Below, piece by piece: positions 1-7,956 of a stretch of DNA of 64,000 nt (positions are counted from its first letter, which is position 1; each line of letters begins with the position of its first letter). The translations under genes and the position numbers were made by a program. Origin of the DNA: Gemmatimonadota bacterium (lineage in GTDB: Bacteria > Gemmatimonadota > Gemmatimonadetes > Palauibacterales > KS3-K002); assembly GCA_039586755.1 (NCBI GenBank), contig JBDHJU010000011.1, positions 14,412-78,411 of the forward strand, in the 5' to 3' direction. Below the pieces are notes generated by a model, which did no database searches, had not been told where the DNA came from, and saw nothing but the letters and a program-made list of their open reading frames with translations.

Positions 1-733
1 TTTCGATTTCTTTCCCGTCGGAGGGCCGCTGGATCTTGCCCCCCGTGGGGCCGCCCACCGAGGCGAGGCGCTCCATCATCAGGTTGGTGATCACGTTCGG
101 GTATGTACCGAACCCCAGATTCTCGATCTGCTCGGCTGGGAACGGGTCCCAACCGGTCGCCCAGATCACAGCCTGAACGTCCAGCTCGATCGTCTCGGTC
201 CCCATATCGAGCTCGATTGCATCGTACGGACATGCCGGCACGCATTTCCCGCATTCGGCTCCCGGGCACACGCTACCGTCGATCGCGTACTGCAGCGGAT
301 GAGCCATCTCGAACGGCAGGTAGATTGCCTTGGTCACCGCCATCCCGAGGTTGAACTCATCAGCTCGCTCCACGGGGCAGGCCTCGACGCACTTGGCGCA
401 GGCCGTGCACTTGGCGTTCACAAAGCGTGGTGTTCGCTGGATGGTGGCTTTGTAGTTTCCGGGGCCGCCGGTGATCTTTTCGACCTGTGACAGCGTCAGG
501 CATCGAATGCGCGGGCTGGTCCTGAGGCGACGAAAGTGAATCTCCAGGCCGCAGGTCGGTGGGCAGAGCTTGGGAAAGTACAGGCTCATCTGAGCCACAC
601 GGCCGCCCAAGTGAGGGTTCTTCTCCACCAACACCACCTCGCAGCCTGCTTCGGATGCCTCGATCGCGGCGGCGATACCGCTTATGCCGCCGCCGATCAC
701 CAGGACCGTTCCCCGCTTCCCGTTTCCGCTCAT
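1..733 (-). CDS. qmoA: QmoA-like flavoprotein (HdrA-like FAD/FeS oxidoreductase), N-terminal ~244 aa; the C-terminus runs off the window start
   Basis: Minus-strand translation starts MSGNGKRGTVLVIGGGISGIAAAIEASEAGCEVVLVEKNPHLGGRVAQMSLYFPKLCPPTCGLE..., followed by CTACAKCVEACP ferredoxin-like cysteines. This is the GxGxxG FAD fold plus CPP/Cys clusters typical of QmoA/HdrA. The start ATG overlaps the upstream gene's stop (ATGA). Confidence 0.8.
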   Translation of the reverse strand, partial: MSGNGKRGTVLVIGGGISGIAAAIEASEAGCEVVLVEKNPHLGGRVAQMSLYFPKLCPPTCGLEIHFRRLRTSPRIRCLTLSQVEKITGGPGNYKATIQRTPRFVNAKCTACAKCVEACPVERADEFNLGMAVTKAIYLPFEMAHPLQYAIDGSVCPGAECGKCVPACPYDAIELDMGTETIELDVQAVIWATGWDPFPAEQIENLGFGTYPNVITNLMMERLASVGGPTGGKIQRPSDGKEIE

Positions 734-1626
734 GGTTTGTCCTCGTCGCGGGCCGTGGCCGGCTGACTGCTGAATACCTTCCTTTTGTCGAGGCTGCCCT
801 TGAAGGCATCGACTACTTCCGCCTTGGCCTTGACGGTCGGCTCGCCGAAGAGGCTGAACCGCAGCCAGAGGAACGCGAATCGTAGCAGCGCCTCGTCGTT
901 GTAGCGCATCTCTTCGACGAAGTCCTCATCCACATCGAACCGCTGCAGCAGCGTGCTGTCGAAAACGAACTCCCGGAACTTGTCCAGGTCGTAACAGGCG
1001 GTGAACAGCATGTGCATCTTCTGCGGCGAGAGGATCCCGCCATCCTCGAAGAACTTGTGGAGCGTCAGCTCCTTGTACGCCTCACCCCACTCGTCGTACT
1101 CGTCGATACCCTGGTCGTCGAGCCACTCGCGAACCGTCCACCGGTGCGACTCCGCGAATCCGCGGCAGCCCTCCTCCTGCAGGAGGAAGTAGAAGCGGTC
1201 ACCACGCCAGCCGTCCGGCGTGTCTTTTTGGGCCGCCAGCCCGAGTGGGTACATGCGGCAAGGCCATGGCCGGTCCGAGTAGACGCCGCAGCCGCCGTCC
1301 GTCAAGAACGGACAGGTCCGCACCTCGTCGTCGTTCATGCGGAGCATGACGACGGGGGTCTTCATGTCCTTCTGGACGGGCAGCAGTGCGTACTGGTCGA
1401 GGAAGTCGCTCGATGTCATCCCCAGGCGTCGCTTCAGGCGCAGGACATCGTACGGGGACAGGAAGATGTTCACGTCGCTGCAGCACTTATTGAAGCAGGA
1501 GACGCCGGGATGGCAGGCGAACTTGAAGGTGTCCTCGGGTCCGAGCCTGGCGTGATCGGTCAGGATTTTCTCCTCCAGGCGGCCATGGGGATCCTCAGAC
1601 GTCGGGGAACGTTGCTCGTCGGTCAT
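730..1626 (-). CDS. YkgJ/UPF0153-family Cys-cluster (zinc- or iron-chelating) protein, 298 aa, inserted between aprA and qmoA
   Basis: Motifs CHPGVSCFNKCC and TCPFLTDGGCGVYSDRPWPCRMYP match the YkgJ-type CxxCxxCC plus CPFL...C.IY..RP..CR.FP pattern. ATGA start/stop overlaps with both neighbours. Confidence 0.6.
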   Translation of the reverse strand: MTDEQRSPTSEDPHGRLEEKILTDHARLGPEDTFKFACHPGVSCFNKCCSDVNIFLSPYDVLRLKRRLGMTSSDFLDQYALLPVQKDMKTPVVMLRMNDDEVRTCPFLTDGGCGVYSDRPWPCRMYPLGLAAQKDTPDGWRGDRFYFLLQEEGCRGFAESHRWTVREWLDDQGIDEYDEWGEAYKELTLHKFFEDGGILSPQKMHMLFTACYDLDKFREFVFDSTLLQRFDVDEDFVEEMRYNDEALLRFAFLWLRFSLFGEPTVKAKAEVVDAFKGSLDKRKVFSSQPATARDEDKP

Positions 1627-1997
1627 TCATTTTCTCCTTCTTCGTTCTCCACGATCATCTCACGCGTCGCGGAGTCCGACCAGACCGGAATCATCGACGA
1701 GGCGCCAGTTGTGGGATTGACCATATATCGATACGACGCATGTTGACTAAACTGCTGTTCCATCCACTCCCAGCCCTCCCGGTAATACGAGCAGTCGTCG
1801 TTGAAGCAGACGTAGAGGAACTTCTCGGTCCACGTAGCGCCGTCCGGGACGATCCACTTCTTGAGACGCTGACCACAATGTGGACAGTCTCGGGAGATCT
1901 TGACCATCGGTATCCTCGATCGATTACTGGTTGCCGTGGGGATCCGTGCGCAGTCGATCACCTTGCCGGTATGGCTCGAAGAAACAACGCCTGACAT
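1623..1997 (-). CDS. Small Cys4 zinc-ribbon-like hypothetical protein (124 aa ORF; true start may be the internal Met giving ~94 aa)
   Basis: Contains CPHCGQ...CFNDDC, read as a C-x2-C ... C-x4-C zinc ribbon. The ORF sits between aprA and the YkgJ-like gene, and its stop overlaps the YkgJ start (ATGA). Confidence 0.45.
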   Translation of the reverse strand: MSGVVSSSHTGKVIDCARIPTATSNRSRIPMVKISRDCPHCGQRLKKWIVPDGATWTEKFLYVCFNDDCSYYREGWEWMEQQFSQHASYRYMVNPTTGASSMIPVWSDSATREMIVENEEGENE

Positions 1998-2080
1998 AGG
2001 ACAAGCCTGGGAGTGTGGAGCGGCCGGAACCTTCGAGCGTCGTGCCGTGACGCCCGAAGATCCCGGAGCTCGTGAACTAC

Positions 2081-3939
2081 CTAACTCGTGATGTACTTGA
2101 CGGGCTTCTTCATCATCGTCCAGTCGCCCGTGCCCCTGTCGTACTTGCAGTTGCAGAAGGCAAGCCAGTTCTTGTCGTCCATGCTCGGTTTGTCAGCGCG
2201 GAAGTAGTAGCCCGGCCAGCGGGTCTCCTCCCGGAACAAGATCGAGCGCATGTGGGCATCGGCCTGGTACATGCGGTGGACGTTCTCCCAGCAGCGCATC
2301 AGCTCGTGCAGGTTGGAGGCCGCCAGCTTCTCGGCATCTTCCTTCAGGAAGCTCAGCAGCTCCATGCCCTTTTCGAGCAGCTTGTCGCTGGTCTTGAACT
2401 GGCTGGACACACCACCCGCGTACTCGTCCATGATCTTCTGCAAGCGGTACATGAACTGCTGCGGGCGGATGTAGTTGGGGTTGATATCCGGGTCAGTGGT
2501 CATGCCACTGTACTCCTCGAACGTTGCCATGGGCCTGAGGATCTCTGCCGTCAGCGCGTCGACCTGGCCCTGATCCAGGTTGGGGGCCTGGTTGTTGTCG
2601 ACGATGTAGGAGATCGCGGCCTTGGCTGCGATACGACCCTCGGCATGTGAGCCGGAGGAGAACTTGTGGCTCGAGGCTCCTGAGGCGTCGCCGGCGGCGA
2701 ACATCCCGTTGACCGTGGTCATGTGCGGGTAACCCCAGAAGTAGTCGTCCTTCGTGTCGGCGGTCTGCAGATCCTCCGGACCGGAGACCCAGGCGCCGGA
2801 GGCGCCGGAGTGCGACCCGATGAAGTAGGGATCACAGGCCATGATCTCGGAAGCCTTCTTCTCGGGCTCGACGTTCGTGGCGGCCCAGAGGATCGCCTGC
2901 GAGATCGTCATGTCGAGGAAGTCCTCCCAAGCTTCGGCCTCGCGGGTGCCTCGTCGGCGATCTTCTTGATCGCGTCGGAGGTCTGCATGTAGATCGGGCT
3001 CTTGCCGTCCATCACGTCCAACATCATCAGCCAGTTGCGGATATTGGCAGGACGCGGCTTCACCTTGCCGTAGGGCTCCCACTTGTCGAGCTCGGCGGCG
3101 TTTTCCTGCATATAGTTGCCGCCCTCGGCGTTCGTCGCGATCGACTTGAAGAGCAGGAACCAGGCACCCACCGGGCCGTACGCGTCCTTGAACCGTACGG
3201 GGATGAAGCGAACTTCCTGGCAGGTCATCTCGGCACCGCCGTAGATCGTGAAGAAGGCGCTGGCGCCGGAGTTGAACGGCGGGTACCAGGAGCGGCCGAA
3301 GCCCTCACCGGTCGAACGCGGCTTGAACACGTGCACCGCACCGCCCATGGCGACCAGCGTGGCCTTTGCCTTGAACACGTAGATCTTATTCTCTCTGACG
3401 CTGAAACCGATCGCGCCCACGCACTTGTCGCCGTCCATCAGCGGGTGCGTGATGAACACGCGCTCGAAGTACTCGCCGCCGGCCTCTGCCAGCGCGTTCT
3501 TTGCCGCCTCAGCAACGATGACCTTGTAGGACTCGCCGTTGATCATCAGCTGCCAACGACCCTCGTGGACGTAGTTGCCTTCCTTGTCCTTCCAAATCGG
3601 CAGGCCCCACTTCTCGAACAGGTGGACAGTCGAGTCTACGTGGCGCGCGATGCTGGCCACGAGGTCCTCGCGGGTGATGCCCATGAGGTCGTTGCGGACG
3701 TAGTCGATGTAGTCCTTAAGACTGTTGTTGCCGCTGTTAAGGTCCACGTACTGGTTAATGGCCGACAGGCCCATGGCCACCGCTCCCGAGCGGTCCATGG
3801 CCGCCTTGTCCACCACGGTGACCTTCAACCCGTTCTTCTTCGCCCAATAGGACGCTTCGACCGCCGCTCCGCATGCGGCCATACCGCCGCCGCAGATAAG
3901 CAGATCGGTCTCAACCGTTACGGTCTCAAAATCCGGCAT
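2081..3939 (-). pseudogene. aprA: Adenylylsulfate (APS) reductase alpha subunit AprA, split into two overlapping ORFs (2908..3939 and 2081..3082) by a 1-nt frameshift near 2941-2952. This is either a pseudogene or a sequencing error.
   Basis: N-terminal ORF: MPDFETVTVETDLLICGGGMAACGAAVEA... (FAD fold). C-terminal ORF: ...EAEAWEDFLDMTISQAILWAATNVEPE...WGYPHMTTVNGMFAAGDASGASSHKFSSGSH... The junction reads KKIADEAP|AR.. in one frame and ..REAEAWEDFLD in the other, at a 'caccc' run. Confidence 0.85.
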
Positions 3940-3989
3940 TTTTCGTTGTCTCCTTCTTTTCGTCGTCCGAAGAGATCAAGTGTCGCCGA

Positions 3990-4457
3990 CTAGAGCGTTG
4001 GGACCTTGTCCATCTTGACCGGGCCGCGCTCCGTGTTGAGGCCCTGCGGCTCGCACATCAGCGTCGCGCTCTTCAGGTCATCGTCGCCTGTCGGATAGTG
4101 ATCGAACGGCTGAGCCTTACCTTCCTCGACGCCCCTGCGGATCGGGAACTTGAAGCGTTTCGGCTTGATGTCCTTACTGCGGAACTGCAGGGTCCACATG
4201 ATGTCCTCGCTGCTACGCATCGCCGTGACGCTCGCCCCCAGCGGGACGAAGTCCTGGTAACCGCGGACCTCGATAGCCTGCGTCGGGCAGATCTTCACGC
4301 AGCTGTAGCATTCCCAGCACATCTGCGGATCCTGGTTGAAGGCCTTCATGCTATCCTTGTTCAGGACCATGAGATCGTTCGGACAGATGTGCTGGCAGGC
4401 GGTCTTATCGAGCGCCTTGCAACCGTCACACTTGTCCACAATCACGTAACTCGGCAT
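3990..4457 (-). CDS. aprB: Adenylylsulfate reductase beta subunit AprB (2x[4Fe-4S] ferredoxin-like)
   Basis: MPSYVIVDKCDGCKALDKTACQHICPNDLMVLN...CWECYSCVKICPTQAIEVRGY. Strong AGGAGG RBS 7 nt upstream. Confidence 0.92.
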   Translation of the reverse strand: MPSYVIVDKCDGCKALDKTACQHICPNDLMVLNKDSMKAFNQDPQMCWECYSCVKICPTQAIEVRGYQDFVPLGASVTAMRSSEDIMWTLQFRSKDIKPKRFKFPIRRGVEEGKAQPFDHYPTGDDDLKSATLMCEPQGLNTERGPVKMDKVPTL

Positions 4458-4574
4458 CTCCGCGCCTCCTGGTTGAATTGTACGTACGCCTACATCTCTC
4501 CGGGGTGATCGCTAGCGAGTCGCCGAGGGGCTTCCGCGGGGGCGGGAAGCTGTATGTGACTGCTTAGGGTGGGG

Positions 4575-4635
4575 CTTGTGCGATTTTTTTCACGATTCTC
4601 GGCACTTACCGAGATTTTTGTCACGATTACAATCT
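4575..4635 (-). promoter_or_regulatory. AT-rich candidate operator/promoter element upstream of aprB. A 16-nt direct repeat flanks a 5-bp-arm palindrome.
   Basis: GATTTTTTTCACGATT (4583-4598) and GATTTTTGTCACGATT (4613-4628) match 15/16. Between them lies CTCGG-CACTTAC-CCGAG. An AT-rich island in a 65% GC background, ~130-170 nt upstream of the aprB start. Confidence 0.4.
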
Positions 4636-4772
4636 GGCAAGGTATTCCGCCCCGCGCAAGGAGGGCGAAGAAACATGATACCGTTGTGAGTTTTAGGCCG
4701 GAAACGACCCGCACGAAGCCTCTCTCGGGGCCTAGATCCGGGCCGGTGGGGGCGCTGCCTGGAGCAGGTCGC

Positions 4773-6965
4773 TCAGGAGCCGATTAGCGAGGGGAGGTGG
4801 TTCTCGATCCACTCCTCGACCTCGTCGACGGCGGCTGAGAAGTGGGGTTGGGAGCGCATGGCGTCTGCGAAACCGGCAACGGCCCGGTCGAGATCCTCGG
4901 CGGTCCAGAGTGATAGGCCGTTCGGCAAGTCGGTCGCGGGGATGGAGCCGAACGTGTTGAAGTCGATGACCCTGAGGGGCTCGGCGGTGAAATCGCGCAG
5001 ACCGCCCAGGGTTTTGGCATCGAAAAGGGGTTCTTGGCTGTCGACGCCGAAGTAGACGAAACCTGCATGGGCGATGGCGCGGGCGACGCCGGCCTCGGAG
5101 TACGACTGGACACGCAGGCGCTTCCCGTGGCCGACGGCACTGCGCAGCAGCTTGAGCTGGCCGTGGTGCCTCCTGTAGATCAGGGTCATCTGGCTCTGAG
5201 GTACGTCGAAGTGCTCGGACAGGGCGGAGAGGATCGAACGCGAAGTAGCCGATCCCCCGATGACGACGTGACGACACTCGTCCATGTGGGCGCCGTCGAC
5301 CTCCTGGACCCGTGCCAGGGCGGCCAGACAGAAGCTGGGGCTGAAACGACCCCATGCGGTCTCGGCTCGTACGTCGCGCGCGAGAGCCACGGCGTTTTTC
5401 ACCAGGCAGGTCGCTCGCGGACCTGCCGTGCCGGCGCGTTCGGCGGTCCGGCAGGCCGTCTGCAGCTGCGCCACCACGTCGGTGTCCCCGGGCAGGGCAC
5501 TATTCAGGCCGCAGGCGGTGCGCATCAGATGATGCCAGGCCTCGAAACCGAGCAGTGTGTTCACCTCTAGCCCTTCGGTCTCGGGACCGTACAGTCGGTC
5601 GCGGATCTGCTCGGCGACCCGCTTCCGCGCCGCGGGGTCGCCCGGATCGGCGAGCCAGCCGTAGAACTCGATCCGCTGACAGGTACTCCAGACGAACGCC
5701 TCGCTGATACCGGGCATCTCCCGCACCGAGTCGAGGAAGCCACGCACTTGTTTACGGGTCTTCCTAACCTTGCCGAAAACCCGGGGACGGCTGTACCGCA
5801 TGCGGGGACCGCGGCCGGAACGGACTCCGCCCTCGAACGAGGCGCCGATCATCACCAGCGACTCGGGCTCGCCGTCACAGAGTTCCAACTCCGGCTTCAG
5901 CCTCAGCAGCGGAACGGGCGCCGGCCGATCCGCCGTCACCGGACGCGGCCCCCTGAGCACCAGATTCCTGAGGGCTGCGACGAACGGCTCGGACGCGTTC
6001 AACCCAGGGCACAAGCTGAGTTGGCCGCCCCCCGACTCGAAGACCTCCCGGCATTCCACGTCGATCTCCCCCAGCGTCTCGAACCCGTCGATCGGCGCCG
6101 TGATCGCACTGACCAGCACCTTCTTCTCACCCGCGTCGGCGAGCTCGGCGAGCCTCTCGCTGATATGGGGGCGGAGCGAGCAGAGCGGCGCCGGGTGGGT
6201 CAGGAAGCCTAGCGAGGCCCTTTCCAGCGGCCAGCCCAGTCGGTCGGCGACCAGCCTGACCGTCCGTCTCACCTGACCCGTGTAGAGGGCCCCCCCCTGG
6301 CCCCGCGAGGCCGGCTGGCCGTGAGCGCAAAAGACCAGGTGCGCCTCATCCGGCCACAGGCCCTCCGACGCGGCATAGTCGGCGATAATTCGGGCCTGCG
6401 CTTTGACGTAACCCACGTCGTCATACCAGGTGGATCGAAGCGCCACATTGATGTGCTGCCCCCTGTGCCTCAGCACTCGGTGCAGCTCGCGAAGGATGGT
6501 GCCGGACGTGGCACGGTTGAACTGAGGGTACATCGGCACGACCACCAGATCGTCGATGCCGTCGGCTTCTACCTGGCTCATGACGTCGGCTATCTTCGGC
6601 TGGCCGTAGCGCATGGCCACGTAAACGGCCCAAGCCTCGGGCAGCGCCGCGGCGAGGGCCGAGGCCTGATCCGACATGAGGACCGCCTGCGGAGCTCCGC
6701 GCACGTCCCAGACTTTGCCGTACAGATCGGCTGAGGGGGCAGCCAGGCGCCCGGCCCGCATACGGCCGAGACCCCGCTGAAGCCAGTTCAGCCCCTGAGG
6801 CCACTTGACGAGCGAGGAGTCGGTGAATGACTCCGCCAGCAGCTTGCGCACCGATGGAACGTCGGGCCGATCGGGCGCTCCTAGACCGACCAGCAGGACG
6901 CCCCGGCGTCGCGAAGCCTGTGGTGGGCGATCCGCGCCCAATGACGGCTCTGTCTGGAGGTTCAC
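4773..6965 (-). CDS. Ferrochelatase (HemH/CpfC-like) fused to a glutamyl-tRNA reductase (HemA)-like domain, 730 aa
   Basis: N-terminal half: VLLVGLGAP...VVPMYPQFNRATSG...HLVFCAHGQP (ferrochelatase signatures). C-terminal half: ISEAFVWSTCQRIEFYGW...EAWHHLMRTACGLNSALPGDTDVVAQLQTA...RDVRAETAWGR...HVVIGGSATSRSIL (GluTR STCNR-type catalytic Cys region and NADPH-domain-like region). Confidence 0.65.
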   Translation of the reverse strand: MNLQTEPSLGADRPPQASRRRGVLLVGLGAPDRPDVPSVRKLLAESFTDSSLVKWPQGLNWLQRGLGRMRAGRLAAPSADLYGKVWDVRGAPQAVLMSDQASALAAALPEAWAVYVAMRYGQPKIADVMSQVEADGIDDLVVVPMYPQFNRATSGTILRELHRVLRHRGQHINVALRSTWYDDVGYVKAQARIIADYAASEGLWPDEAHLVFCAHGQPASRGQGGALYTGQVRRTVRLVADRLGWPLERASLGFLTHPAPLCSLRPHISERLAELADAGEKKVLVSAITAPIDGFETLGEIDVECREVFESGGGQLSLCPGLNASEPFVAALRNLVLRGPRPVTADRPAPVPLLRLKPELELCDGEPESLVMIGASFEGGVRSGRGPRMRYSRPRVFGKVRKTRKQVRGFLDSVREMPGISEAFVWSTCQRIEFYGWLADPGDPAARKRVAEQIRDRLYGPETEGLEVNTLLGFEAWHHLMRTACGLNSALPGDTDVVAQLQTACRTAERAGTAGPRATCLVKNAVALARDVRAETAWGRFSPSFCLAALARVQEVDGAHMDECRHVVIGGSATSRSILSALSEHFDVPQSQMTLIYRRHHGQLKLLRSAVGHGKRLRVQSYSEAGVARAIAHAGFVYFGVDSQEPLFDAKTLGGLRDFTAEPLRVIDFNTFGSIPATDLPNGLSLWTAEDLDRAVAGFADAMRSQPHFSAAVDEVEEWIENHLPSLIGS

Positions 6966-7459
6966 GGCTGGGGTTTGAGCTTGCGATCCTGGCCGATGAG
7001 ATCGGTGATCTGGTCGCGTGTGCGTCTCGCCAGCGCCGGATCGCGTCCATCGGTGAAGACGGCGATCGTGACGTCCTCACTTTGCAGCAGAGCTCCAAAG
7101 ATTACCTGCGAGCGCTCGGCCGATGACGCGTCGCACGCCAGTGCGCCGTTCCGAACTGCAGCTTGGACGACGGCGGCGTTGCGGTCATCCTCATCCGTGG
7201 CGGCGACGGCGAGGAACTTGCTACCCATGTGCTCTTCGCGGAACGAGTCCTGTACCCAGCGGACGCGGCCGGCCTCGATCAGCTGGGCGAGCTCGTCTGT
7301 AACCTCGGGTGATACCACGGTAACGACGGCCCCGGCATGCGTGAGGGTGATGACTTTGCGAGTCCCGACATTTCCGCCACCCACGACCAGGCAGTCCTTG
7401 TTCCGGACGTCGAGTCCTAGCGGCAGAAAGCGTAGCCTGTCCGAGGGGTCGCTGGTCAT
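6962..7459 (-). CDS. sirC: Precorrin-2 dehydrogenase / sirohydrochlorin ferrochelatase-like (SirC / CysG N-terminal domain-like) siroheme synthesis protein
   Basis: LPLGLDVRNKDCLVVGGGNVGTRKVITLTHAGAVVTVVSPEV...AVAATDEDDRNAAV is a Rossmann NAD-binding pattern typical of Met8/SirC. Overlaps the downstream fusion gene start by 4 nt. Confidence 0.7.
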   Translation of the reverse strand: MTSDPSDRLRFLPLGLDVRNKDCLVVGGGNVGTRKVITLTHAGAVVTVVSPEVTDELAQLIEAGRVRWVQDSFREEHMGSKFLAVAATDEDDRNAAVVQAAVRNGALACDASSAERSQVIFGALLQSEDVTIAVFTDGRDPALARRTRDQITDLIGQDRKLKPQP

Positions 7460-7488
7460 GTCCTCCGGGGCCTTCTTATAGTCTCGTT

Positions 7489-7941
7489 TCAGTGGCCGAC
7501 GCTCAATATACCGCTCGCCGCGAGTGTCAGGATGGCAGCCTCCAACAGGGCCATGACCACGTAGGGCGTATCTCGTTTCTTGATTAGCGTGGGGACGATT
7601 CCCAAGAAGCAGAAGATGGTCACTGCGGAAAGCACGGCGATCCCCAGAAAATTCAGATAGTCACCCTTTCCGATCACGGACAGCCAGGACCATCCGGATA
7701 TCGGGTGCTCATGGTGCAGGTGGTCGTGATTCGTCGCCTCCAGATAGTCGTGGACGTTCATCGTCCAGTACTCGGGGAGTTGTTCCACCGGAACGGCCGG
7801 CGCAACGATGCCGCTGGTGTAAAGGGCAAAGGTCACGAGTAGGAGGGCCAGCCCGAAGTACATGCCGGTCTGGAGGATCTTGGCGTAGAGGAGTTGTTCC
7901 TCGTCAGCGCCAGGGCAATCTACGTTGCCGTTCGTCTCCAT
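7489..7941 (-). CDS. Small polytopic membrane protein (DUF1634-like) of the kind commonly paired with TauE/SafE exporters
   Basis: 150 aa with ~3-4 hydrophobic segments, 15 nt downstream of the TauE gene on the same strand. Confidence 0.5.
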   Translation of the reverse strand: METNGNVDCPGADEEQLLYAKILQTGMYFGLALLLVTFALYTSGIVAPAVPVEQLPEYWTMNVHDYLEATNHDHLHHEHPISGWSWLSVIGKGDYLNFLGIAVLSAVTIFCFLGIVPTLIKKRDTPYVVMALLEAAILTLAASGILSVGH

Positions 7942-7956
7942 GTTTACACTCGCTCC

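Noticed and set aside
1012-1746. 244-aa plus-strand ORF
   Set aside because: Antisense to the YkgJ-like gene. No recognisable domain. This is a typical long spurious ORF in >65% GC DNA. The same applies to 2072..2650, 3331..3993 and 4098..4508, which are antisense to aprA/aprB.
730-1997. The two small genes as miscalled qmoB/qmoC
   Set aside because: QmoB is a large HdrA-like flavoprotein and QmoC a membrane di-heme/FeS protein. These ORFs are 298 and 124 aa, have no FAD GxGxxG fold and no TM heme-binding helices. They carry YkgJ-type and zinc-ribbon Cys motifs instead.
2930-2960. Programmed ribosomal frameshift in aprA
   Set aside because: No slippery X_XXY_YYZ heptamer and no downstream pseudoknot-like structure. 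AprA is not known to use frameshifting. An indel in a C-run is the simpler explanation.
4490-4787. Small ORFs 4490..4714 (-) and 4569..4787 (+) in the aprB upstream region
   Set aside because: They overlap the AT-rich repeat/palindrome element, have no RBS and have odd composition. The region is better explained as regulatory DNA.
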